From contig JABVCE010000015.1 in the NCBI GenBank assembly GCA_014905635.1, positions 806,001-870,000 on the forward strand: a stretch of 64,000 bases of DNA, read 5' to 3'. This document shows positions 1 through 14,041 of the stretch, piece by piece (position 1 is the stretch's first letter; each line of letters begins with the position of its first letter). The notes under the pieces were generated by a model. That model searched no databases. It was not told the DNA's origin and worked only from the letters and a program-made list of their open reading frames with translations. The stretch comes from Scenedesmus sp. PABB004. Its lineage: Eukaryota. A program made the position numbers and the translations under genes.

Positions 1-33
1 CGCCCAGCCCGGCCGCCGCGGGCGGCGTGTCAG

Positions 34-2428
34 GTCGGTGTGGGTCGTGCTCGGCGCAACGGCGGTGGTGGTGTCGCTCTTCATCAGCGCCGCGGAGCTG
101 CTAACGCACGGCACGGCGGCCAACGGGCGGGTGCGGAGCGTGCGCGCCCCGCTGCAGCACGCCGCACCGCCGCTCCGCGCGGTGCGGCCGGCCGCGCGAC
201 GCTCACGCGCCGCCCGCCGCCCGCGCGGCCTGCCTCGCCGCGCAGGGCCTGCGCGGCTGGAGCTGGTATGCTATGGGCAAGATGGTGCAGGTGAGGGGAG
301 CGTGTGCGTTGTCTTGTTGTGTTTTGACCGTCATTTCGACCATCAACTTGACCGCATGACCTGCCGGCAGCAGCGCCGCGCGGCGCCGACGCTGCGTGCG
401 CCACGCCCGCCGACGCGCGCAGGTCAACACGCACGTTGGCGACCCCCAGACCTGGGCCAGCCGCCTGCTGGTGAGGGCGCGCCGGCGCACCGGCGCGGGG
501 TAACGCTCGCGCGCGGGGCTTTGCGCCGCGGCCAAAACCCTGGCTGCACCAAACGCCCCTCGCCCCGCCACAGGTGCTGGGCTACGCCTTCCTCGCCCTC
601 ATCATGGTCCACCTCTTCACCGGTCAGCGCGGCAGAGCAGCGCAGCACAGCACGGCGCCTGCGCCTGCGCCGCACGCAGCACGGCACGCGCTCACGGCCC
701 GCCGCGGCCGCCGCCGCGGGCGCTGCCGCGCAGCGACGACGGCGAGCAAGCTCACGATGCAGCGCCTCGCCAACGACATCACCAGCAAGGCTGACCTGCC
801 CGGCAAGGCGGTCGAGACCTGGGACCCGTACGTGCCGCTGCTGCGAAAGTACAGCATCGACGCGGACGGCCTGCCCTGGTGCGCGGCGGCGCCGCTCGCT
901 GCGCAGCCATGCGCGCGCCGACGCGCGCGCCGCCCCGCGCGCTCGCCCTCGCCCGGGCGCGCGCCGCGCCACAGCACACGCCTCGGCGGCCGCGCTCCAC
1001 ATCTGCCGGCGCTCCCGCCCGTGCCCGCGGCGCCCTAAGCCCATCCGCGCCCGCCCCTCACCACCCAGGGACAGCGACGCCGACACGGCGGTCATGCTGG
1101 ATAACCTGCGCAAGCACCGCCACCAGGCGCGCGCGGGCGCGCGGGCGGGCGGGCCCCGACAGGGCGGGCGGGGTGGTTCAGCGGCGCGCGCAGGGACCAC
1201 CGGCCCCGGCCCCGCCCGGCCTGTGTGGACGTGCGAGCGCGCGGCGCGGCCGCCCACAGCCCCGCGCGGCCCCTCCCCGCCGCCGCCGCCTGCCCAGGCG
1301 CTCATCCTGGACACGCCGGTGGTGGCCTACATGGCCGCGCGGGTGGGTGCGGCGGCGCACCAGAGCAGCGCTGCAGTCGGGAGGCAGCGGTGCAGGCCGC
1401 GGCGGCGGCAGCTTGGCGGCGGTCCGCCGCGCCCGGCCGCGGCGAGCTAACCCCGCCACCGGCCGTCACGCCGCGCAGGCGCCCGGGTGCGACCTGTATG
1501 CTGTTGGTGATCCCTTCGAGGTGCGTGCACCCGCAGGCGCGTGCCGACGGGGCGCGGCGCGGTCAACGCCGGGCCCCGCGCGGTCAGACGCCGTGCGCCC
1601 GCCGTCTGCCTGCGCAGACGTTCAACCTGGCCATCGCTTTCCCGCCCGACGTGCCCAGCGCGCTGGCAGCCAACATCTCCGCCTCAATCGTGCGCCTCCA
1701 GGTGGGCAGGCGGGCGGGTGGGCGGATGTGTGGGTGTAGGGTTGGTTGGCCGTGCCGAGCGCCCTGACACACATCACATCACCGCTCCCGCTGACGTGTC
1801 CCTCCCCGCCCCACGCACGCGCGCGCGCGGCGGGCGCCCCGGCGCAGACCACGTCCGCGCTGCTGGACCGGCTGGAGAACGAGCACGTCAAGGCGGCGGC
1901 CGACCCGAGCGCGACGTGCGCGGCCGTCGCGACCGACGCGGGCGTGGGTCACGCGCCGCAGGCGCAGATACGAATGGACCAGGTCGCCGGCCTCTGGTGC
2001 GTGCGGCTCCTGGGGCAGAGCGCTTGGGCGGGGCGGGGCGCAGGGGCGGCGCGCGGCGCGGGGCCCTGGCGGCGCGGCCGCGGACGCTCGCAGCCGCGCG
2101 CGCCCGGGTTGCCTCGCCTCGGGCTGGCTCGGCCGAGGCAAGCCTGTGCGCTCTGAGCGAGCCCCGCGGCAGCCCCTGCCCCCCCTTTCCACACACACAC
2201 CCACACCCACACCCACACCCACACCCACACCGCCCCACAATCGCTCAAAGGTACATCCTCTTCATCACCCTGGGCCTCGCGGTGGCGCTGGCGGGCGTGG
2301 ACGCCGCGCGGTCGCGTGCGCGCCGCACGCGGCGCCGCACCACGCGCCGCGTCGCGACGCTCGCGGCTGCGGCCGTGGCGGCGGCGGCGATGGGCCTGGA
2401 CGGCGCGCGCGGCGGCGGGGCGTGCGCA

Positions 2429-2459
<31 letters not shown>

Positions 2460-2596
2460 AGGACGGCGACGGGCAGTGCGTGGCCGAGGTGGCGGCCGCG
2501 GCGCAGCGCGGTGGTGGCGGCGCGCGGCAGCCCGCGGCGCTGCGCGCGGCCGCGCGAGGCGGGGCGGAGGTGCCGGGACAGGTGCCGGACGAGTGA
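34..2596 (+). CDS. Ionotropic glutamate receptor-like (GLR) channel, 5'-truncated by the window, multi-exon
   Basis: Spliced exons give M1 (VWVVLGATAVVVSLFISAAELL), a pore region (WSWYAMGKMVQ|VNTHVGDPQTWASRLL), M3 (VLGYAFLALIMVHLFTATTASKLT), the S2 lobe (ALILDTPVVAY..GCDLYAVGDPFE|TFNLAIAFP) and M4 (IRMDQVAGLW|YILFITLGLAVALA). TGA at 2594-2596. Confidence 0.85.
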
Positions 2597-3139
2597 CGCG
2601 GCGGTGCGGTGCGGCCGCTGGCACGGGCGGCGGGGTTGGGTTGGGCGCACGCCCGGTTGCATCTGTGTTTCAAGGCACTGCGGGGCAGGCTGGAGGTTCA
2701 GGCAGGGGTTTGCGCACTGCAACCTAATGCTCGGGGTGCACTGCACTGGTTGGGCCGCCGCTGCGCGCTGCGCTGCACTGGTTGGGCTGCCGCTGCACGC
2801 TGCGGCGGCGGCTGCGCCCGCGCCCCAGCGCGGGGACGAAGAGTGCCGCGTCGTTACGTTGGCATTCCAGGCGCCCTCCTGAATCACACACGAGGTCGTC
2901 GCTCCCCTCAGCGCCTCGGCACCCTCGCGGCCGCTCGCCGCTCGCCATGCGTTGCGCGCGGGGCCGGGGCGCGCCGCAGCCCTGCGTAGGTAGGTACACA
3001 GCCGCGCCGGCACAGCAGCCAAAACAAATGCACGCGGACGCCACAGGGTCCCCATCCGCTACCACGCCGTGTGTGTGCCTCGAGGCGAGCAGGTGCCGCC
3101 GCGAGCGCGCGGGGCGTCGCCGTGCCGCGCCGGCGCGCC

Positions 3140-4226
3140 TCACTCGGTGTGCAGGCCGTGGCCCGCGGCCGCGTCGGCGCTGGGGCCGCGCGCCGCCTTG
3201 GCGCGGTCCATCGCCTTCTGCTGGATGTTCTTCAGCATCACGCTCGCCTGCCCCGACAGCTGGCGCGCCTGGGTGGCGGGGTTCAGGGTTGAGGGCGGGT
3301 TTAGCGTGCGAGCGCCCGGGCGCGCGCCCCCGGGCCGGCCGCGCGGCGCGCGCGCGACTCGGCGGCCGCAACGGCGGCAGCGGCGGCGGCGCGCGCACCT
3401 GCGTCTTGAGCGTGGACGCGTGCTGGCCGACCAGGTCGCTGCCCTTGGCGCGGGCGTCCATCACAAACCTGGCGGGCGGGCGGGCGGGGGGCGGGGCGCG
3501 GGGGCGGCGCGCGCGTCGGCCCCTGCCCCGCGTGCCCGCCGCTGCCGACAGCTGCTGAACGGGGGCCAGCCGGTGCTCCCGCCGCTGCTGCTGTCGCTGC
3601 GGCCGCGGCCGCTGCGCGCGGCGGCCGCTGCCGCTGCGCGCGACGGCACCGAATGCGCCCGGCGGCAGCGCCAGCGGCGGCGCCAGCGGCGCGGCGCGGC
3701 GCGGCGCGGAGCAGCGCGACGGCAGCGGCGACCGCGTCGCGGCGTCGCGGCCTCACCGGTCGATGTCGGCCTCGTACGTCGCCACGAGGGGCGAGAGCAC
3801 CTTTGCGTACAGGCTCGCCGCGAGCTGCGTGGAGGGGTGCCAGAGCGCGAGGATGAAGCCGAGCTTGGCGACGTAGTAAAACGGCAGCCAGCTCAGCACC
3901 TGCGGGCGTTGGGCGTGTGGGTGTGCGTGGGCACGGGCGTGGGCGTAGCCGGAGGGGAGGAGAGGTGGGGCGCGCTGCGGCGGCAGCAGCGGCGGCGCGC
4001 GGGCGGCGGGCGCGGCGGCGCATGCGCCTGCGCGTGGCCGCACCAGGTCCACGAAGATCTGGAGGCAGTAGAACGTCGCGAGGACGACCCAGTAGGTCGC
4101 CCACTCGCGCACGTCGTCGGCGCCCTTCTTCTCCAGCGCCTTGAACGTCTGGTAGCCGGGGAGCACGTACGCGAGCGTGGTGTAGACGAGGCTGTACACC
4201 AGGCTCACCGTGGCGGCGATCGCCAT
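3140..4226 (-). CDS. HVA22: HVA22/REEP/DP1 (TB2_DP1_HVA22) family ER-shaping protein, 4 exons
   Basis: MAIAATVSLVYSLVYTTLAYVLPGYQTFKALEKK..WATYWVV..|VLSWLPFYYVAKLGFILALWHP..YEADIDR|FVMDARAK..|..QKAMDRAK..HTE*. PGYxTFKA, WxxYW and WLPFYY are typical family motifs. Confidence 0.9.
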
Positions 4227-5654
4227 GGCTGGGGCGGCCGGGGGAGGCGGGGCGGGGGATGGGCGCTACCTTGAGCTGGGCGCGGCGCTGGCGCGCGGCG
4301 TGGCGAGCGGCGGGGCGCGGCGTCTGTGGCAGCGTCGCGCAGACCGGCGTTGTGGGCAGCACGCGGCCCGGGGCGCGCGGGCAGGGCTCGGGGCCGTTGA
4401 CAGCTCGAGCGGAGGTCTGCTCAACCGCGGCGCCACCGGCGACGGCGCACGCCGCGTTCCGCCCACACCACCCCAGGCCCATGCACGCGGGCCCCGCGCG
4501 CGACCGCCGCCTCCGCCGCAGAGCGCTCCAGCGCGGGCGCGGGCGCCGGTGCGCGCGCTGCCGCGCGCGGGCGCGTCCGCCAGGCCAGACCCAGGTCAGT
4601 GCACAGCGGCCGCTGCCCTCGCCCCCGGCGCTGGCCGCGCCGGCCGCCGCTCGCAGCGCGCGCCGTGCCGCCGGCCGGGGGCTCGGGCGCGGGCGCCACC
4701 GCGCTCGGTCGTGCGTGCTGGCCTGCGCCGCTCATGGCCGGCGACGCCGGCGCCCGCCGCGCGCTGCATGGCCGCCGCCGGACGTCGCGCCGCCCCTCGC
4801 GCCGGTGCCGCGGCGGCGGTCCGCAGGCGCGGGCTCAATTGCATGCACGCGGCACGCCATGGCGGCCAGCACCTCCTGCATCGCGCGCGCCGCTCCCAGC
4901 CGGCGGCGCCAGCGGGCCTGCCCCCCTGAGTCCGACGGCGCGGGCGGCGCCTGGCCCGCGCGCCAGGCGTGGGCGCGCGCCAGCGGGCCAAACTCGGGAC
5001 TCGCACGGGCAGCTGTGCGGGCCCGCCGGCGGCGCGGGCGCGGCGTCTGGGCCTCGCCTCGGCGGGGCCGGCGCTGAGAGCCCGCCTGAGTGCTGGCGCA
5101 AGTGCGCGTTGCGACGCACCGGCGGGGTGCGGCGTGCAGCTTGCGGCGGGCATGAGCTGCCTGGCGCTGGCATGGGTGCGGGCGCGCCGCCCCGCGCGGG
5201 GTGCGGTTGCGGCGGTTGCGCGGCCGAGCGCGCAGTCGGGGGCGCGACGCCGTGCACGAGGGCCACTCCACTGACCGCTCCCACGCGCCACGCTGCGGCG
5301 GCGCCGCGCCGCCGATCCGCGCCGATTGTGCCCTGGAGGCTGCGCCCTGCGGCGGCGCCGTTCGACAATCGCTGCCAGCCGCCGCCGCAGTGCTGCGCCC
5401 GAGGCCGCGCGCTCCAGCCAGCTCCGGACGCTGCCCCAGACACACGCGGCGCGCGCCCAGCATCGCGGCCTGGTGTGCAGCTCTCGATCATCACACGGCA
5501 CCTGGCGCGCTCCCACGGCCCCCGCGTCGCCCCTGGTCGCGCTCACGGGCTGGCGGCGGCCCTGCCGCAGGCCTCGGGCACCTGATCGGGCCGCTGCTGC
5601 GGGGCCCCGCGCGGGCAGCGGGCGGCCCGTCGCGGCCCCCCGCCTGAGGGCGCC

Positions 5655-7802
5655 ATGGACATCCTGGCGCAGCTGCCCCAGGTGGAGGCCATGTGCGAGC
5701 GCCTCTACACCGCGCAGGTGCGCCAGCGGCGGCGGCGCGGCGGCGGCGCGGCGCGGCGCGGCGCGGCGCGCGGCAGCAGCGAGCGGCGTGCCGCGCGGGG
5801 GGCGACAACCGCCGCGCCGCCGCCCGCAGACGCCGCAGGAGCGCACGCAGGCGGAGCAGGCGCTGCGGCCGTTCGGGCAGAGCACGGAGTACATCACGCA
5901 CTGCAAGGTGGGCGGCCGCGCGGCGCGTGGACGTGCCGCCGCTGGGCGCTGCTGCTGCGCCGGCCGCGGCGCTGCGGCGCGCCGGCTGCGTGCCGCGCGG
6001 CCGCCGCCGCGCGCAGTCGCAGCCGCTGGCGGCAGCGGCCGCGCGGCGGCAGCAGGGACAGCCGCCGGCGGCAGCTCACAACCGTCGCTGCGCCCGCGCC
6101 CACGCCCCCGGCGCAGGCCATCCTTGACAACAGCCGGTCGCCCTACGCGCAGCTGCTGGCCTCCTCCAGCCTGCTAAAGCTGGTCACGGAGCACCAGCTC
6201 ACGTGCGCGGCGCGCGCAGCGGCGGCAGACCCGGGCGCAGCGGTGGACGACCCGCGCGGCGCCGGCGGCGCGCGGGCGCACCACCAGGGCTGGGGCCGCA
6301 GCACGCTCGCCGACCGCCGCCGCCCCGCCGCGCAGGCCGCAGATTCGCATTGAAATGAAAAAGTATTTCCTGCAGTACCTCGACACGTGAGCAGCCCCTG
6401 GGGAGGAGGGAGCGGGCGACCTCTGCCTGCAGCAGCGGGCGGGGCGCGCTGCAGCAGCGGGCGCGGGCGGGGCGGGGAGCTCGGCGGGGCGCGGGCGGCG
6501 GCGGCGGCAGCGGCAGCGACCGGCAGGAGGAGCAGCTGCGGCCCCACGCGCACGCGACGGCGGGCGCAGCCGGCCCAGGCAGCGGCGGCAGCAGCGCGGG
6601 CGGCAGCGGCGCCGCCGCCCGCCCTCCCCCGCCGCCGACCCCGCCCGCACCGCCGCCGGGCAGGCACGGCGCCGGCATGGAGCCGTTTGTGGCGACGAGC
6701 CTGGTGCAGCTGCTGTGCCGGACGGTCAAGCTGGCGTGGTTTGACCACGACGCGGCAAAGGCGATCGTGGACGACTGCAAGGTGATGGATGTTGCGCGGA
6801 GCCTGGCCGCTCGGCGGCGCGGCCGCGGCGGCGGCCGGCAGCCGCTCAACGGCGCGGTTGGGCGCCGAGCCGCGCCGGCGGGCGGCTGGCTGAGGGCGGT
6901 CATGCGGCGGGCAGCAGCGGCGGGCAGCAGCGGCGGGCGGCCGCCGCCGGCCCAGCCCCGCCCCTGCCCGCGCCCCTTGCTCACCTCACCCAATCTCCCC
7001 CTCGCTCCCGCTCTCCCGCGCGCCGCGCGCCAGGCGCTGATGGAGCGCGGCAGCCCGGGGCAGTACCTGCTGGGGCTCAAGATCCTGGCCATGCTCGTGT
7101 CCGAGATGAACACGCCCACGCCCGGCCGCACGCTCACCGCGGTGCGGCCGCCGCCGCGACCGCTCCGCCGCGGCGCCGCGCGTGGCAGGGTGTTTTTACC
7201 GGCGCCCGCTGCCCCTGCCCGCGTTCTCAACCTGAACCCCGCCTAAACCCTGCCCCCTGCCTGCCTACACCCCTCCCCGTGCAGCACCGCAAAATCGCGG
7301 TGTCGTTCCGCGACCTCTCGCTGCTCAACGTGTTCAAGGCCTCCCTCGTCGCGCTGCGCGTGCTGCTCGACGGCAAGGCCGACGACAAGCTCAAGGAGCA
7401 GGCGCGTGTCGTTTTGTGTGGCTGTTTTTTGTGTTGCTTTTGTGTCTGGTTTTGTGTTGATCTTGTTTTGCGCCGCCGGCGGCGCGCCGCCGACGCCGCC
7501 GCCGGGAGCGCTCACGCAACGCGGCCGCGTCCACGCGCACGCGCGCAGGGCCTGGGGCTGGCGCTGAGCTGCCTGAGCTTTGACTTTGTGGGCACCTGCC
7601 TCGACGACAGCGCGGAGGACATGAGCACAATACAGGTGCGGTGTGGGCGTGGGCTGGTGGCGCAGCGGCGGCGGCTGCGAGCCCAGCCCAGCGCCAGGGG
7701 CTGCCGCCGACAGCGCCCGCCCCGCCGCCCCGCGCGCGCCGCCGCAGGTGCCTAGCAGCTGGCGCGCGCTCGTGGAGGCGCCCGAGACGCTGCAGGTGCG
7801 AA

Positions 7803-7842
<40 letters not shown>

Positions 7843-8378
7843 CCGCCGCCGCCGCTGCTCTCTCGCGCCCGCCCTCCGCCCAATGAACCCTAACCCTCAA
7901 CCCCAAACCCTGCTGTGCCCCGCCTCCGCCCCCTGCCCGCCCCTGCCGCCAGCTGTTCCTGGACTATTACGCGGCCAGCGGGCCGCCCCCGAGCCGGCTC
8001 GCGCTCGAGTGCCTCGTGCGCCTCGCGAGCGTGCGGCGGAGCCTCTTCAGCAGCGACGCGGAGCGCAGCAAGTTCCTCAACCGCCTCGTCAACGGCTGCA
8101 GGTGCGGCTCGCGCGCGGGCGGGCCGCAGGGGCCGGGACCGCGGCGGCTGCGCTGCGCGGCGCGGCGGCCGCGCCCGCCCGCTCACACCCGCCTGCCCGC
8201 CACCGCGCGCCCGCACCGCGGCCGCAGGGACATCCTGCGCTCGCAGTCGGGCCTGGCGGAGCACCACGACAACTACCACGAGTTCTGCCGCCTCCTGGGC
8301 CGCCTGAAGACCAACTACCAGCTCAGCGAGCTGGTGCGGTGCACGCGGGGGCGGGGCGGGGCGGGGACGGGGACGGGG

Positions 8379-8465
<87 letters not shown>

Positions 8466-11400
8466 TGTGGGGCGGGACGCGCTGGCCGCGCAGGGCCCGG
8501 CGGCCGTAGCCCGCACAACCGCGCCGCGCGGCGCGGCGCGACCAGGGCCCAGTGCGCAGTGCACCGCCGCGCCGCGCCGCGCCGCGCCGCGCCGCGCGGC
8601 GCGGCGCGACCGGGCCCTAAGCCCCGCGCCCCGCGCCATGCCGCCGCCAGGTGTCGGTCGACAACTACACCGAGTGGATCCAGCTCGTCGCGCAGCTGAC
8701 CATCGACAGCCTCAACTCCTGGCAGTGGGCCAAGGACTCGGTCTACTACCTGCTAGGCCTCTGGAGCAGGCGCGGCACAGGGTTTAGCAGCGCCAGGGTT
8801 GAGCAGCGGCAGGGCTTAGCAGCGGCGCGGCAGGGTTTAGGGGCTCGTCGGGTTTTTTTTTGTGTCGTGCGTGTTGCTGCCCTCGTGTTGCGCAGCTTTG
8901 GTGGCGGTCGCTGCCGCAACGCCCGCTCGCGCCGCTTGCGCGCGCCGCGCGCCTCGCCCCCTCGCAAAGCCCCCACCAGAGCCCCGTCATCAGAACGCCC
9001 ACCCTCAGAACCGCCGCGCCGCGCCGCCCCGCCGCCGTGCTGTGCAGGCTGGTGTCGTCGATGCCCTACCTCAAGGGCGACTCGCCGAGCCTGCTGGAGG
9101 CCAACGTGCCCAAGATCACTCAGGCCTACATCACCAGCAGGCGCGGCGCGGCGCGGGGTCACAACCCTGGGCGGGCGCGGTGGCGTGGCAGCGGGGTTTG
9201 GGGGGAGGCCGTGCTGCCGCGCGTGCGCGCCGGCCGCTCGCCCGCAACGCCCGCTGCACCTGCGCCCTCACCCTCACCCCTCAACCCTATCCATCCATCC
9301 GCACACCCACCCACATCCACACGCACATCCCCTCGATCAAAACCAATCAAAACTCACTCGAAACCGCCCAACCCCCCCCCCCCAAAAAAACCCTAGGCTG
9401 GAGAGCGTCGCGCTCGCGGTGGGCACGGCGGGGTGCCTCGACGAGATGCTCGACGCCGAGGAGGCGCTCAGCGAGCAGCTGGAGAGCCTGCCCTACCTCG
9501 TGCGCTTCCAGTACGACAAGAGCAGGTGACGTGACGCGACGCGGCGGGCGCAGCGCGGCGGGGCGGGGCGGCGGCCGCGGCGTGGCGGGGGGCGGCGGGT
9601 CGGGGCGGCCGCGGCGCGGCGGGGCGGGGCGGCGCAGGGCGGGGCGGCGGCGCGGGGCGGGGCGGGGCGGGGCGGCGGCGCGGGGCGGCGCGGCGCAGGG
9701 CGGGGCGGCGGCGCGGGGCGGGGCGGGGCGGCGGCGCGGGGCGGCGCGGCGTAGGGCGGGGCGGCAGCGCGGGGCGGGGCGGGGCGGGGCGGGGCGCGGC
9801 GGCGCGGGGCGTGTTACGTGTTTGGTTTTTTTGATTTGTTGCTTTGTCACGTTGACCCGCGGTTTGACCGAGACCGCTCGACCGCGCGCGCGTTGTGTGA
9901 GCCGTGTGCGCGCGTGCGCGTGTGTGTGAGCCGCGCCGGTGCTGCAGCGCCGCCCGCGCGCCCGCCGGCGCCCGCCGCGCCGTCACTGCCCGACCCCGCC
10001 GCACCCGCACCCGCCCCGCCGCCCCGCCCCGCCCCGCCGCTGCGCAGCGCGTTTGTGGCGAGCCTGATGGACCCGCTGCTGGAGCACTACAAGGCCGCGG
10101 CGGGGCTGCCCTCGCTCGACGGCCCCGCGCGCGGGCAGCTGGCCGTGCTCGAGGGCCAGCTCGCGTGGCTCGTGAGCATCGTCGGCAGCGTCATACGCGG
10201 CCGCCTCAGTAGCAGCAGCAGCAGCGCCGAGTCGCAGGCGCGGGGCGCCGCGCGGCGCGGCGTGGCCGCGCGCGTGCCTGGCTCTTTTGCCCGCGCGCGC
10301 GCGCGCGCCGCCGCCGGACGCCCACAAGCACCCCGCCTCACACACCCGCCGCCCCTCCCCTCCCCTCCCCTCCCACGCGCACGCAAAAACGCACACACCC
10401 CACACCACCAACTGCCGCAGGAGGCGATCGACGGCGACCTCGCGGCGCGCGTGTTTGGCCTGCTCCCCCTCATGGACAGCGGGCTGCACGCGCAGCGCTA
10501 CGCGGACAACAGCCGCCAGCGGCTCGACATGGCGGTGCTCGGGTTCTTCCAGTCCTTCCGCAAGGTCTACATCGGCGAGCAGGCGAGGAGCACCCTTTGG
10601 TGTTTGGTTGTTGATTGTTTGTTTGTTTGTTTGGCTTGTTGGTTTGTTTGTCTGCTTGCTGGTGCAAGAGGCCGCCCGCGCCGCCCGGCCCGCGTGACGA
10701 CGCCACGCGCACGCCCCGCTCCTCCGTGTGCGGCCGCGCAGGTGATGCAGAGCAGCAACGTGTACAGCCGGCTCGGGGAGCGCCTCGGCCTCGCCGACCA
10801 CGCGGCGGTGCTGGGGGTCATGCTGGCCAAGGTGGGTGGGTGGCTGTGTGTGGGGCTGTGTGTGGGGCTGTGTGTGGGGCTGTGTGTGGGGCTATGTGTG
10901 TGAGAGAGAGGGGGGCGCTGTGCTTTGTGGCCGGGGGCTTGGGGGGGTGGGTGCCCACGTGCGCGCGCGCGCGCGCGCGGGCGGCCCAGCCAGCAGGGCG
11001 CGCCCCTGCCCTCTCGCCGGGAGCCCCGCCGAGGGGCTGTGCCCTGAACCCTCTCGCCCCGCCCCGCCCCGCCCCGACCCGACCTGACCCGCCCCGCCCC
11101 GCCGCCCCTGCCGCCCCTGTCCGCCCACCCCGCCAGGTCGCGACCAACCTCAAGGTCTATGGCGCGAGCGAGCAGCTGGTGCACCTCACGCTCGGGCTCT
11201 TCCAGGTGGGTGGGTGTGGGTGGGTGTGGGGGGGGCTCAGGGGGGTGCGGGCCTCAGGCTTGGGCGCAGCCGCGCGCGCACTCCAGCACCTCCCTCGACC
11301 TCCCCACACCCACCCACACTCCAAACTCACCCACCCACTCACCTCCCCCCACCTGTTTAACACCCACACACACCCATGCACACTCGAAACCCACACACTC

Positions 11401-13093
11401 CAAACTCACCCTCACACACACGCGCCCCCCCCCCCATGACACCCACCCGCCCGCCCGCCCGCCCGCCGCGCCCACCCGCCCAGGACCTCGCGACCGGCTA
11501 CATGAGCGGCAAGCTGCTGCTCAAGCTCGAGGCGGTGCACTTCATGCTCGGGCACCACACCAGCGCATACTATGCGTTCCTGGAGCACCCGACAAACGGG
11601 CGCAACCGGTGCGCGCGCCGCCGCGCGGCGCGCGCGCTGCTGGGCGCGCGCCGCTGGTCGCTCGCCACTGACCAGCTGGTCGCCGCTGGTCGCCGCTGGT
11701 CGTTGCTGCGAACCGTAGCTCACTGCGCGTTTGCTGGGTGCTGCGTGCCGGTCGGCCCCAAACTAACACACCCCGCCGCCGCCGTCCCCGCCCCGCGCGC
11801 GCCGCCGCCGCCGCCCGTGCGTGTGCGCGTGCCCGTGCGTGTGCCCGTGCGTTCGCACAGGACGTGCTACTACAACACGCTCGCGCGGCTGCTGTTCATG
11901 GAGGACGTGCCCCAGCGCTTCAAGGGCTTCATGGCGCCCCTCGCCAGCGTGAGCTGCATGTGTTTTTTGTTACTCGACTTGTTCTTTTTGATCGGTTGTG
12001 TTTGATCGGTTGTGTGGGGCCCGCGGCGCTGCCCGCGCGGCCGGCGGGCGCGGCGCGGACGCCCCGTCCTTCCACACACACACACACCTCCCCACTCACC
12101 TTCCCGCCGCCGCCCCCGCCGCCGCCACCACCCGCCGCCGCCCCCTCTACAGGCGTTCAGCGAGGTCGCGGCGCGCAGCAGCGGCTGCAGCAGCCCGAGC
12201 GCGCTGCGCGCGTCGACGCCGCAGGCCGCGGTCGTCGGGCTGTTCCGGGACCTGCGCGGCGTCGCGGCGGCGACGAGCACGCGGCGCACGTACGGGCTGC
12301 TCTTTGACTGGATGTACCCAGACCACTGCCGGTGCGCGCGGTGCTGCGTCGGCGCGTCGGTGCTGTGGCTGCGCTGAGGCTGGGGCGGGCGGGGGCGGGC
12401 TGCGCGGCGTCCCGCAGTGCCGCCCTGCTCGGCCCCACCCCCGGCCCCGGCCCCGCCCACGCGCGCCGCCCCGCCCCGCCCGACCACGCGCGCAGCGCGG
12501 TGCTGTGCTGCCTGGAGGCGTTTGCCGACGTGCCCGCCGTGACGACGCCGCTGCTCAAGTTTGTGAGCGAGTTTGCGTTCAACAAGAGCCAGCGCCTCAC
12601 CTTTGACAGCAGCAGCCCCAACGGAATACTGCTCTTCCGGGAGGTGCGGCGGCGGCGCGGCGGGGCCGGCGGCGCGGCTGGCGGCGCGGCGCGGGCGGGC
12701 GGGCGGGCGGTCGGGGCGCCGCCAGGGCCCGCGCGGTGGCGCGGCGCCGCCGCCCCCTCGCTCCCTCCCTCTCCACCTCCCTCTCTCCCTCCCTCGCGCG
12801 CTCACTCGCCGCCTCCCTCGCTCACTCACTCCCCCCCCCCCCCCGTCGCCCCCTCCCTCTTGCCGCGTCTGCCGCGCAGGTGTCCAAGGTCCTCGTCGCG
12901 TACGGCAACCACGCGCTCAGCCTCGGCGCGGTGGGCGACGCGTACAACGACAAATACAAGGGCATCTGGGTCTGCCTGCAGGCACGATACGACGGCGGGG
13001 CTGCGCTGGGCTGCGGGCTTGGACTGGGGGCAGGGGGTGGATGGTCGAGGGGGGCTGGGCAGCCCGCCGCGCGCGCCCGCGCGCGCGCGCGAG

Positions 13094-13128
<35 letters not shown>

Positions 13129-14009
13129 GCTCGCCCACAAAACGCATCCATTCACCAGAAACTGACGCGTCGTAACGCAAACCAACGCGCCCCGCAGGCG
13201 CTGGCGCGCGCGATGAGCGGCAGCTACGTCAACTTTGGCGTGTTTGAGCTCTACGGCGACGCGGCGCTGAAAGACGCGCTGAGCGTGGCGCTGCGGCTCG
13301 TGCTGAGCATGCCGCTGGCCGACATCATGAGCTACAAGTGAGCGACGGGGCAGGGTTCTAGGCACGCCCAGGGTTTGGCGACACGGCGCGGCCGTGTTTT
13401 ATTGTTGCGTGGCGCGGGCGTTGGTCGCTCTCTGCCGCCACGCGCAAGCACCGCCGGCGGCGCGTTGGCGCCCCGCTCGCGCACGCGCTGAGCCCCCCTC
13501 CCCCCCGCCCCGCCCCCCCGCCCCGTGCCCCGTGCCCCTCCGCCCTGCCCCGCAGGAAGGTGGCCAAGGCATACTTTGCGCTGCTGGAGGTGCTGGCGCA
13601 CAACCACACCGGCGCTCTCGCGTCGGTGGACGGGCCGACCTTTGCCTTCATCCTCACCAGCCTGGACCAGGTGCGGGTGGGGCCCGGGGACAGGCGCGGC
13701 GCGCTCCGGTCGACGTGCCGCGGCCACACCGTGCCCCCCCCCCTCTTCCACACACGCACACACACACACACCTCACGCACATCCGCACGCCCCGCCCGCC
13801 CCGCACGCGCCCGCCCCGCACCCGCCCCGCAGGGCCTCAAGTCGCTCGACGTCTCCATCAGCAGCGCCTGCGCGAGCGCGGTCGACAACCTCGCGAGCTT
13901 CTACTTCCGCAACGTCGTGCGCGAGCCGGAGAGCGGCCGGCCAGCGCCGGGCAGCGCGGTGCGCCCGCGCCCGCGTCCGGGCCCGCGCCCGCGCCCGCGC
14001 CCGCGCCCA

Positions 14010-14041
<32 letters not shown>

